Origin: Candidatus Saccharimonadota bacterium
GTDB lineage: Bacteria; Patescibacteriota; Gracilibacteria; UBA4473
Length of the DNA stretch: 32,000 bases
Direction of reading: 5' to 3'
NCBI GenBank assembly: GCA_030429505.1
Contig: JAUIFI010000001.1
Location: 150,001 to 182,000, forward strand
Shown here: positions 17,496-25,840 of the stretch, piece after piece
Layout of the letters: each line of letters opens with the position of its first letter
How positions within the stretch are numbered: position 1 is the stretch's first letter
Program-made: the position numbers and the translations under genes
Notes under the pieces: model-generated
What the model was told of the DNA's origin: nothing
The model's database searches: none
Seen by the model: the letters and a program-made list of their open reading frames with translations, nothing else

Positions 17496-17784
17496 ATTCT
17501 TCCTCCAAAACAAAGGTGAAATTTTACTTGTATAAATAACAATGAGAAAAAACATTCTTGCTTACAAATACTTATTCTCATTGTCATATTACAAACACTA
17601 GAAAGTAGTCAAAAAACAAGCGTCAAAGAACCTCAGAATCTTCTTTCGAAAAAGTCTCTGTCTCATATAGACATGGCTTTATTGAAATTTAAGAATTCTG
17701 TCAAGAATATAGTTTTTATCTGATATAAAAGTCAAATATATTCATATCCAAAGAGAATAAAAAATAGTTTAGGAAAACAAAAAT

Positions 17785-17813
17785 TTTACGCACTCCCTTT
17801 TGTTCGATACAAT
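17785..17813 (+). promoter_or_regulatory. Candidate pyrG promoter placing the TSS at or next to the start codon
   Basis: TTTACG (17785-17790), 17-nt spacer, TACAAT (17808-17813). Only 8 nt separate the -10 from the ATG at 17822, and no SD is present. Confidence 0.35.
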
Positions 17814-17821
17814 AAAAAACA

Positions 17822-19438
17822 ATGAAACGTACCAAATTCATCGTGGTTACTGGAGGTGTTTGTTCGAGTCTAGGAAAGGGGATTGTTGCTTCATCAACCG
17901 CAGCTATTTTTAAGTCTGCAGGACTGAAAGTAGCTGTTATGAAACTTGACCCCTACATCAATGTTGATCCTGGAACCATGAGTCCCTTTCAACATGGAGA
18001 GGTTTTTGTCCTCGATGATGGAGCTGAAACTGATTTAGATTTAGGACACTATGAGCGATTTATCGATACTCCTTTATCAAGCTTTTGTTCGGTAACTGCC
18101 GGAAAGGTATATTCAGAAGTTTTAACTGAAGAAAGAGAAGGAAAATATTTGGGAGGAACTATTCAAGTCGTCCCTCACATTACCGGAAAAATACTATCAA
18201 AAATCGAACTTGCTGCTAAAAAAATGAAAGCCGACATTTTTGTAATTGAGATCGGGGGAACGGTTGGTGATATCGAAGGAGAGCCTTTTTTGGAAATGCT
18301 TAGACAGATGAGGTACAAGTATGGAAAAGATGTTTTGAGTATGCATGTCACCCTTCTTCCTTATTTGGCAGCATCTAATGAGCTAAAAACAAAACCTACC
18401 CAGCTATCAGTTCGAGAACTTCGTCGTATGGGAGTAACTCCTGACATCATTTTTTGTCGAGCAGACACCAAAATTCCAAAAGCGTTACTTAAAAAAGTCG
18501 CTTATTTCTGCGATGTAGATGAAGAAGCGGTCATTCCCGCAGAAACCGCTCATTCTATTTACGAAATCCCTCTTAAATTTCAAAAATACAATCTGGGAAA
18601 AATTGTGTCTGATAAACTTAAATTCAAACGACTTAAATTCAAATTATCCGAATGGGAAAAAGGAGTCATGGCAATGAAAAAAGCCAAGCAAATACTTACT
18701 ATCGGGTTAGCTGGAAAATATAACGAATTAGATGATGCGTACTTGTCTGTTATAGAAGCAGCGAAAGCTGCCGGGTTTGCTTTTCAGAAAAAGATTCAAA
18801 TTCAATGGATCGATACAGAAAAAATTGAAGATAAAGATAAAAACGAGTTACAAAAATTAGAAGAAGTCGATGGTATTATTGTACCCGGAGGATTTGGAAA
18901 TCGAGGCACAGAAGGAAAGATACAAGTAGCTCAGTATTGTCGTACTCACCAAAAACCTTATCTCGGCTTATGTCTGGGATCACAAATTATGGCTATTGAG
19001 TTTGCTCGTAACGTTTTAAATATCAAAGATGCTCAAAGTGAAGAATTCGATGAAAAAAAGAAGTCCAAAAACCACATCATTCATTTTATGGCAGATCAAA
19101 GAAAAATAACAAAGAAGGGTGGTACCATGAGATTAGGTGCCTACCCTTGCGTTATCAAAAAAGGAACATTAGCTCATAAAGTTTACAAAAATGCTAAAGT
19201 TTCCGAACGACATCGTCATCGTTTTGAATTCAATAATAAATATAGAGTTCAATTTGAAGATCAAGGCTTTATCATCTCTGGAACGTCTCCTAATAAAAAA
19301 CTCGTTGAAATCGTAGAACTCAAAAACCATCCCTACATGATCGGCTCCCAATTTCACCCTGAATTTTTGAGTCGCCCTTTCCGTCCACATCCCTTATTTC
19401 ACGGGTTCATCGAAGCCATTGTGAAAGAAAAGAAGTGA
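17822..19438 (+). CDS. pyrG: CTP synthase
   Basis: 538 aa. N-terminal KFIVVTGGVCSSLGKG. Glutamine amidotransferase domain with GLCLGSQ nucleophile elbow and QFHPEF. Confidence 0.95.
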   Translation: MKRTKFIVVTGGVCSSLGKGIVASSTAAIFKSAGLKVAVMKLDPYINVDPGTMSPFQHGEVFVLDDGAETDLDLGHYERFIDTPLSSFCSVTAGKVYSEVLTEEREGKYLGGTIQVVPHITGKILSKIELAAKKMKADIFVIEIGGTVGDIEGEPFLEMLRQMRYKYGKDVLSMHVTLLPYLAASNELKTKPTQLSVRELRRMGVTPDIIFCRADTKIPKALLKKVAYFCDVDEEAVIPAETAHSIYEIPLKFQKYNLGKIVSDKLKFKRLKFKLSEWEKGVMAMKKAKQILTIGLAGKYNELDDAYLSVIEAAKAAGFAFQKKIQIQWIDTEKIEDKDKNELQKLEEVDGIIVPGGFGNRGTEGKIQVAQYCRTHQKPYLGLCLGSQIMAIEFARNVLNIKDAQSEEFDEKKKSKNHIIHFMADQRKITKKGGTMRLGAYPCVIKKGTLAHKVYKNAKVSERHRHRFEFNNKYRVQFEDQGFIISGTSPNKKLVEIVELKNHPYMIGSQFHPEFLSRPFRPHPLFHGFIEAIVKEKK

Positions 19439-19527
19439 AAAGAATATAGTATTTGAGTATTATACAATTTAGCATATGTGCTTAAAACATTGCTATTATG
19501 ATGTAAATAAGAAATACATAGGAAAAA

Positions 19528-19567
19528 AGCGGATGCCTGAGATATTAATAATCTCAAAACATCCGCT
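19528..19567. terminator. Hairpin terminator between convergent pyrG and the TPM gene
   Basis: AGCGGATG..TGAGAT-ATTAATA-ATCTCA..CATCCGCT composite stem. A6 upstream gives a U-tract for the minus-strand transcript. TTGGTT lies downstream for the plus strand. Confidence 0.55.
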
Positions 19568-19587
19568 TGGTTATATAAAAACATTAC

Positions 19588-22500
19588 TTAAAAGCTCGTT
19601 CCACTTGACCCAATACCGCCTATGCCACTACCAACGCTACTTGATCCACCAAAAGAAGTACCACTACTCCCTATTCCGCCAAACGGACTACTTGAACTCG
19701 TAAAGGCAGCATTATACGCTGTATTAGCCATTGCAGTATGCGTAGCTAGAGTTGCCTGTTGGCGAAGTAGTAAAGCGGCTGCAATAGAAGCATCTTCCTC
19801 TTCCTTTTTCCTGCGAATAGTTGCCGCAATAGCATCTTCGGCACTTTTTTGGGATTTTTTAGCATGTTTTTCGGACTGATTTGCCTTGAGCGTAATCTGT
19901 TTTAGTGTCTGACGACTTAGATCACGCTGAGGACGATTGGGGAGTTCTGATTGAGCACGGCGTAGATCACCATCTCCAGCAGAACCCGATTGGATATCGC
20001 TACAGGAGAGCCTTGCTGAGTCGATACTCGTTTTCGCCCTTTCTACTGCCTGAACAGCTTGCTGAAAAAGTTTGTCATAACTGACTTCATCAGCACGCAA
20101 ACCCTTCAGAACTTGCTGAGATGCGTTTTGGCAAGCTTTAAATGCTGATATAGCACGAGTCAGAGCTTTATGCATTGCAGCATCTTCCAGATTTAAAGCC
20201 TCGGCTTCAGAAGCATTGCCTTGATTCCAAGCCTTTTGAGCGTGCTGGAAGGTTTGAAGTGTTTCGTCCGTTACGATATGACCTGCGCTAGAGCGAAGAG
20301 CTGCTTCAGCTTTCCGCAAAGTTTCTTCAGCTTGGGCTTTGGTCCGTGTTTTGGCGAGAAAAGCTTTTCGGATTTTCTCAATTTGCTCTTCAGCTGACTT
20401 CCAGGCTCCTATAGATTGCTCTATTGCTCGATCCAAATACTGAACGGCTTCAAGAAAATTCTTTCTTTCAGCCGTACTCTGAGCATATTTCAAAAGCTGG
20501 CTGGCATCATCAATCATATCATCAACCTTAGCATCGATCATTTCATCTTGGCTATCTCTGAGAGAACGAGTGTTCTCAAGAGTAGTTTGTGCCTTTTCCA
20601 AAATCGTAGGATAGGTGTCACGAGCTTGTACACAAGCAGTATGACGTGCCTCAATTTCATCAAGCAAAAAGCAAGCTTGATGGAGCTTGTCTTCCATGTT
20701 CGTAATAATCACTTCAGCGTCAGCAAACTTCTGCTGATCAAGACTATTTAGTTGTTCCGCTTGAGTATGTAGATCTTTGGTATCATTGGGATCATCCCAG
20801 ACTTCATTCAGAAGAGTATGAGCTTCAGGGAGATTTTCAGCAAGATCATCGGAGTTATCTCGATGAAATTCACTGTTTAAAAACTTCCAAAACTCTTTCA
20901 CGGGTCCTTTTCGTCGCCGGTCTTCTGTATCTACCTCCTCTGCCAAAGCTTCTAGACGGGCGATGTTTGACTCATGAAGCAGTTTCCAATCTCGCATAGA
21001 CTGGGCAGCTGCTTCACTATCAGATCGCATCTCATCGACGCCAAAGTGTCGTGCCTGATTCAAGTCACCCTTGATCAAAAGCGCATTGGTCTGAAGTAAG
21101 TTATTATTGACCTCAGTCAGCAAAAGACTTACGTCGTCAGTCTGACGAAATCCTTCAGCTTCAATCGTTGAAATCAGTGCTAACTGCTCATCACGAAAAG
21201 CCAAAGCATCACATATATCACCTACCAGTTTCACCGGAATCGACGATTGAGCATCATGAGCTTGAGAGATACTCTCTTCGTATTCTCCGGCTTTCATCAG
21301 TTCAAATGCCCGTTGAAGCATTTGTGTTGCAGACAAAAGTAATTCATCGATATTGGGCAGTTCTGTCCGACCGCCAACAATGACTGTGAGTTTTTCAGGC
21401 GCTGCATTAAGCGCCATTTCTGCTTCGTGGATCAGAGTAAAACTTTTGATAAAAGCTCGTACAAGATCCTGTAAACGAAGAGCTGTATCTTGAGCCAATA
21501 ACGTTTGAGCCTCTAACTGCTTGTCAGCTTCATCAGCAACAATTTGAAGCGGTGCAAGTACTGCTTCAAGATCATTTCCTAGCACGCTCGATGGAAGAAG
21601 TTTTCCGTAAGCCCCTTGAGCATCTGTAAAAGCTGCTTTAGCTTCTTCAACTTCTTTGGGAGCTTCCTCAATAAGTTTTTGAACTTCCTTGTCATCTTCT
21701 TCTATTTGCTCGAGCCACGTACGAACATCTTGTATTTGCAACTGCAAATATTCATAGTCTGTATTCAATCTCGCGATACGAACTAGTTTAGCAAAAGGTC
21801 CAAACTTCGTATTTTCATAACCAACAGGTTGATCACGAGTTCCTCCTTTAAGTTGTTCAGAGATGTTGGTCACCGCTTCATGCATGCCCATAAGGTCATC
21901 GGAATACTTCTTTGAACGTTCTGGATCTACCGGGAGATACGCCAGAGCTAAAAATTTAACTCTGGTGGACATTTCGCCTAAAATAGCTTGCAATTCGCTA
22001 CATTTCGCAAGACTTACCTGTTGGCGAAGTTTTCTCAGTCCTCCAAGGAGGACTTTCTTTTGCTTTAAATACGGCATATAAAGACCGAATAAAAGCCAGA
22101 GCAAGGCGACCACAAAAATGAGAGCCCCGACATATAGCCAAAGGTTTAATGGAGTTAACGCCGCTTCGGTACCTTCAAACGCCATCAAAAACGCTTGTGC
22201 TGCATTATTAGCCGCATAAGGTTTCATGTAATCATTCTGAATCCGGTCCAATCCGGAAATTCCTTCAATAGCTTCGGCTACCATATCTCCAGCGAAGATT
22301 TTGATAGTTCGGGGTTCGGAGTATTGGATGACGAATACAATCAAATCAGACCGTAAATCCACACCTACTCGTCCCAAATCATTCTCAGCTAAAAAATCGT
22401 TCGTATACTGATCGATATCTCCAGAAGGGTTGTGAGAGATCAAAAGCACAATTGGATGAATGGTTTCACCATTCTTGCCAATAACTGTCTGACTAAACTT

Positions 22501-22662
22501 CTCAGCCGCAGCTTGAAGCTCTTCACGTTCCGTGTCATCGACTCTATCTCCTTGAAGAGCTATATTTCCCTCTAAATCGGGAAAATCACTGGCAAAAGCC
22601 AAAGAAGAGAGCCCTCCAAAAAAGATCAAAACCCAAAGAAAAAAATACTTTGCATAAGACAT
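19588..22662 (-). CDS. Giant TPM-domain (YgcG/TLP18.3-like) membrane protein with about 750-aa helical-repeat insertion and Gly/Ser-rich C-terminal tail
   Basis: Likely start is ATG 22662 (MSYAKYFFLWVLIFFGGLSSLAFA/SD signal peptide, GGAG 9 nt upstream); the tracked ORF extends to 22689. TPM-like region: REELQAAAEKF...IHPIVLLIS...DLIVFVIQYSEPRTIKIFAGD. One TM (LWLYVGALIFVVALLWLLFGLY), a long helical region, and the tail GGIGSSGTSFGGSSSVGSGIGGIGSSGTSF. Confidence 0.7.
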   Translation of the reverse strand: MSYAKYFFLWVLIFFGGLSSLAFASDFPDLEGNIALQGDRVDDTEREELQAAAEKFSQTVIGKNGETIHPIVLLISHNPSGDIDQYTNDFLAENDLGRVGVDLRSDLIVFVIQYSEPRTIKIFAGDMVAEAIEGISGLDRIQNDYMKPYAANNAAQAFLMAFEGTEAALTPLNLWLYVGALIFVVALLWLLFGLYMPYLKQKKVLLGGLRKLRQQVSLAKCSELQAILGEMSTRVKFLALAYLPVDPERSKKYSDDLMGMHEAVTNISEQLKGGTRDQPVGYENTKFGPFAKLVRIARLNTDYEYLQLQIQDVRTWLEQIEEDDKEVQKLIEEAPKEVEEAKAAFTDAQGAYGKLLPSSVLGNDLEAVLAPLQIVADEADKQLEAQTLLAQDTALRLQDLVRAFIKSFTLIHEAEMALNAAPEKLTVIVGGRTELPNIDELLLSATQMLQRAFELMKAGEYEESISQAHDAQSSIPVKLVGDICDALAFRDEQLALISTIEAEGFRQTDDVSLLLTEVNNNLLQTNALLIKGDLNQARHFGVDEMRSDSEAAAQSMRDWKLLHESNIARLEALAEEVDTEDRRRKGPVKEFWKFLNSEFHRDNSDDLAENLPEAHTLLNEVWDDPNDTKDLHTQAEQLNSLDQQKFADAEVIITNMEDKLHQACFLLDEIEARHTACVQARDTYPTILEKAQTTLENTRSLRDSQDEMIDAKVDDMIDDASQLLKYAQSTAERKNFLEAVQYLDRAIEQSIGAWKSAEEQIEKIRKAFLAKTRTKAQAEETLRKAEAALRSSAGHIVTDETLQTFQHAQKAWNQGNASEAEALNLEDAAMHKALTRAISAFKACQNASQQVLKGLRADEVSYDKLFQQAVQAVERAKTSIDSARLSCSDIQSGSAGDGDLRRAQSELPNRPQRDLSRQTLKQITLKANQSEKHAKKSQKSAEDAIAATIRRKKEEEDASIAAALLLRQQATLATHTAMANTAYNAAFTSSSSPFGGIGSSGTSFGGSSSVGSGIGGIGSSGTSF

Positions 22663-22947
22663 AAGCTTTTCTCCGTGAAAGTGATACATACATAATCCTA
22701 CTTGAGTAGATATGTTTATTGTTTTGTAATGTTTTTATCAAAGAACAATATCGTATTCATACTTACGATAAATACGTAAAGCTTGTTATAGGAAGAATCA
22801 GTCTTACAGAACTATTTTTACGCCTATAAGACATGATTTTCTTTATATAACATTATTTTTTTAAACATTTAAATAAAAATGTCAATAATGGCACTGAGAT
22901 AAACACAAAGACATGAAAAGAAACAATGATTTTCCGAGAAGTAATAA

Positions 22948-22976
22948 TTTGAAAAAAACCTTCTTTTTTGTTATAA
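22948..22976 (+). promoter_or_regulatory. Near-consensus sigma70 promoter with extended -10
   Basis: TTGAAA (22948-22953), 17-nt spacer ending in TGT, TATAAT (22971-22976), 22 nt upstream of the ATG at 22999. Confidence 0.65.
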
Positions 22977-22998
22977 TAACAAGAATATATAAGTCTCT

Positions 22999-24165
22999 AT
23001 GGCACTTAAAAAATTTCACTTCACCACTCTTTCCGAAAATAAAAATCGCTTATCCGGCTATCTTTTTGCTGAAAATGAAGTTGTTGCTCGGGAGAAACTC
23101 AAGAAAGAAGGAGTTGTTATTTTAAGTATTGAGCCATACGAAGAAAAACCGTTAGAAGATCCAGAACTCATTCGCTTTGAATTTGAAGCTACAGATTCTA
23201 CCGGGAAAATTGTTCATGGTGACATCGAAGAAAAAAGTGATTACGAAGCTTATAAAAAATTAAAGCAAGAATACAACTTTACTATTGTTTCACTTGTAAA
23301 AAAAGATCTTCCATATGAAGAAAAACAAAGACTCAAGGGACAGGGGATTTCTTCGGAATTTGAACAACGATTAGAAGAAGAAAATAAAGCCAATAAAATT
23401 GAAAAGCCCAAAGAAGATTCACAGAATAAGTCTCAAAAAAAATCGGAAAACAACATTGAATCTATCTTGAAGGCAAATCAAGAAGAAATTAATTTTATTC
23501 AAAAAGAAATCGTTATAGCCCTTGAAGAAGTTCAAAATGTACTCGATAAACACGGACAATACATCGAAGATTCAAAAAAGAAAGAAATCCAAGATAATCT
23601 AGATGAGTTATCCAGGCTTCGGCATTCAAACTCTATCCAGCATCTCAAAAATGTTATGGAAAATTTATTCGACATTATTGCGAGTGATGACATTTTCATA
23701 TCCGTACAAGAAGGGGAGTTTATTCCAGATTTAGAAAGACACAAAGTCGCGGTCAAGAGAATCGCGCAAAAACTTAAATCTCAACTCAAGAAAAAACTCA
23801 TGTCGATCAAGATTGATCCAGAAAAGTGGAAGTTTCTGCTCAGCTTCAATATATTTCAGAAAATTTCACGAACCATTCAGCCTTTTTTTATAATGTTTTT
23901 CGCGATTACATTACTATTTTTCCTCTTTAATGGAGGGAAACTTATCTTTGGGATGGATTCAGAGAAAGCCCAATTTTACCTCACATCATCAAGTCTTTGG
24001 TTTATGGCAGGGTTATCTGCTGTTATTTTTTTGTTTTTATTCCTCCAAAGTCATCTCGAAAAAGACCTCCCTCTTTCGCAAAAACTTCTTTTTTATGGAA
24101 GTAGTATTCTAGTAATCCTCCTCTTTATCATTGAATTTCCCTTACTCTTCTTTTGGACGAATTAG
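22999..24165 (+). CDS. Membrane protein with two N-terminal PilC/GspF-N-terminus-like modules, a coiled coil and C-terminal TM helices
   Basis: 388 aa. aa 4-46 (KFHFTTLSENKNRLSGYLFAENEVVAREKLKKEGVVILSIEP) and aa 58-102 (IRFEFEATDSTGKIVHGDIEEKSDYEAYKKLKQEYNFTIVSLVKK) follow the F-x-Y/F-x-A-x-D-x-x-G-x-x-x-x-G-x-x-x-A-x-x-x-x-x-A-x-x-x-L-x-x-x-G pattern seen at PilC/GspF N-termini. Three or four C-terminal TM segments. No T2SS-F core domains are evident. Confidence 0.55.
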   Translation: MALKKFHFTTLSENKNRLSGYLFAENEVVAREKLKKEGVVILSIEPYEEKPLEDPELIRFEFEATDSTGKIVHGDIEEKSDYEAYKKLKQEYNFTIVSLVKKDLPYEEKQRLKGQGISSEFEQRLEEENKANKIEKPKEDSQNKSQKKSENNIESILKANQEEINFIQKEIVIALEEVQNVLDKHGQYIEDSKKKEIQDNLDELSRLRHSNSIQHLKNVMENLFDIIASDDIFISVQEGEFIPDLERHKVAVKRIAQKLKSQLKKKLMSIKIDPEKWKFLLSFNIFQKISRTIQPFFIMFFAITLLFFLFNGGKLIFGMDSEKAQFYLTSSSLWFMAGLSAVIFLFLFLQSHLEKDLPLSQKLLFYGSSILVILLFIIEFPLLFFWTN

Positions 24166-24277
24166 AAAATAATAACTGGTCAAAGACTCATTATTCATCC
24201 GTTCCTTATACATAGAACAATCTTTTTTGCAAAAAATTGTACAATTCGTACAGTAAAAGCATTCGAGCTTTTTGAGC

Positions 24278-25039
24278 ATGAATTTTTCGCAACTTTCTTT
24301 TGACTGGTTTTCCTTTGAAATTTACGGACTTTTTGTAACACTTGCTTTTACCATAAGTGCTTGGCGATACTATAAAGCCTTACAAAAAAAACAATTTCCC
24401 ATTCATTTTTTTATTCATCATTTTTGGAAGTGGATGTTGGGAGGAGTTGTAGCTGGAAGATTATTTGCCTTACTGTTTGATTGGAACACAATCGTTGAGC
24501 GAAGTGGAATCTATTCCTTCTTTGCTTTCTGGGATGGGGATATTCATTTTATTGGAGCATTAACAGGATTTATTCTCACCATGATATGGGATATGAGAAA
24601 ACAGAGCATGGATAGTTGGCGCTGGATTGATATAGGGATCCCTTTTATTTTTATGGGAATGCTCATCACAGACCTTGGGGGATTTCTGACAGGAGCAGTA
24701 TATGGAAAAGAAACCAGTATGTTGTGGGGAATTCAATACGAAAATGTTTCTGTCGATATTCTTACCCCTGTTCATCCGGTAACGATCTATGCTTTTATCA
24801 TTCATTTGTGGCTGTATTTCTGGGCTCAAAAACGAAAAGATATATGGTCTAATGTTCCAGGAAGACTCGCTATAAGAATGGGATTATTATTTTTCAGTGT
24901 AGAATTTTTTCTTCAATTTTTTCGTGGAGATCCAACCCTAATCTTTTTTGATAGTCTTCGCATTGATCAATTACTAAGCCTTCTTTTTGTCATACTTCTT
25001 TTTTGGTGGGGAAGAAAAAGAAGTCTTGCAAAAACATAA
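24278..25039 (+). CDS. lgt: Prolipoprotein diacylglyceryl transferase (Lgt) family protein, divergent
   Basis: FWDGDIHFIGALTGFIL vs E. coli VWDGGMSFHGGLIGVIV. PVHPVTIYAFI vs RHPSQLYELL. QFFRGDP vs EFFRQPD. The tracked ORF begins at TTG 24272; the ATG at 24278 is more likely. Confidence 0.65.
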   Translation: MNFSQLSFDWFSFEIYGLFVTLAFTISAWRYYKALQKKQFPIHFFIHHFWKWMLGGVVAGRLFALLFDWNTIVERSGIYSFFAFWDGDIHFIGALTGFILTMIWDMRKQSMDSWRWIDIGIPFIFMGMLITDLGGFLTGAVYGKETSMLWGIQYENVSVDILTPVHPVTIYAFIIHLWLYFWAQKRKDIWSNVPGRLAIRMGLLFFSVEFFLQFFRGDPTLIFFDSLRIDQLLSLLFVILLFWWGRKRSLAKT

Positions 25040-25061
25040 TTTTTTTGAAAAATAAATAACG

Positions 25062-25448
25062 ATGGATTTTTCACTAGGGCGGCTTTTGACAACTGAATAT
25101 TACTTGGACATCAATCCAGCCGGAGATTTTCTGCCGGGCTTCTTTTTTCTTATCTTCTTCTTAGGACTTATATTTCTTCGATCCATTATCAAAAAATTCG
25201 CCCCAGATTCAAAATACTTTCGAAAATCAATCAAAAAGAAAACTGGGAAGCTCATTGTTTTGGGTATTCTCGGGTTTATTTTTGTTATTGCTCGATTTTC
25301 CGCTGTCCCATATTTTTCTATGAGAATTTGGTTATATCTAACTTTTCTTCTCAGTCTTATTTTTGGAATTATGACTTGTCAAAAAGTATCTAAAGAATAT
25401 CAAAAAAGACTCGCCTCAGTTGATCGAGAAACTCAAAAGAAAGAGTAG
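25062..25448 (+). CDS. Small hypothetical membrane protein (3 predicted TM)
   Basis: 128-aa ORF 22 nt downstream of the Lgt-family gene. Three hydrophobic segments separated by Lys-rich loops. No recognised motif. Confidence 0.5.
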   Translation: MDFSLGRLLTTEYYLDINPAGDFLPGFFFLIFFLGLIFLRSIIKKFAPDSKYFRKSIKKKTGKLIVLGILGFIFVIARFSAVPYFSMRIWLYLTFLLSLIFGIMTCQKVSKEYQKRLASVDRETQKKE

Positions 25449-25456
25449 AAACCTCC

Positions 25457-25840
25457 TTATATTTTTTGACCTTTTAGAATATCTTCCACTTTGTTTGCTA
25501 ATTCAAAAGGTGTATATTCTGATTTTCGAAGATAATAATCTGCACCTAGTTTTAAAGCTTTTTCCGCATCTTGTTTTTGTTCAAGGTTACTATTCACGAC
25601 CACAGTAGTTTTGAGAGAAGTATTTTTCTTGAGTGCTTTTAGTACTTCATAACCATCCATTTGTGGCATCATGATATCAAGTAAAATGAGATTAGGCTTA
25701 AATTCAACTGCCTTAGTAATTCCATCAACTCCATTTAAACAAGACTCGATTTCAAATTTATCAGCATCGAAAGCAATCTGAAACATTTCGTTCAGATCTT
25801 CATTATCCTCAATAATCAGGATTTTAAATTTATCATGCAT
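25457..25840 (-). CDS. Single-domain response regulator (CheY-like receiver, no output domain)
   Basis: MHDKFKILIIEDNEDL..., phospho-acceptor LILLDIMMP, conserved Ser (VVNSNL) and Lys (YYLRKS). The ATG at 25840 overlaps the kinase stop (ATGCATGA). The tracked N-terminal extension to 25915 lies inside the kinase gene. Confidence 0.85.
   Translation of the reverse strand: MHDKFKILIIEDNEDLNEMFQIAFDADKFEIESCLNGVDGITKAVEFKPNLILLDIMMPQMDGYEVLKALKKNTSLKTTVVVNSNLEQKQDAEKALKLGADYYLRKSEYTPFELANKVEDILKGQKI

Noticed and set aside
19588-19680. Duplicated GGIGSSGTSF decapeptide at the C-terminus as a DNA tandem repeat or slippage site
   Set aside because: The two copies use different synonymous codons and are separated by other residues. 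It is a protein-level low-complexity tail typical of TPM/YgcG proteins, not an exact nucleotide repeat.
19588-22662. Higher G+C of the giant TPM gene as evidence for recent horizontal transfer
   Set aside because: Housekeeping genes in the same window (ruvB, the ABC ATPase domain) reach similar or higher G+C in spot counts, and the protein is Ala-rich. Composition alone does not single it out.
22913-23125. 70-aa ORF overlapping the 22948-22976 promoter and the start of the next gene
   Set aside because: It spans a near-consensus promoter and is out of frame with the well-supported 388-aa ORF. It has a low-complexity sequence.
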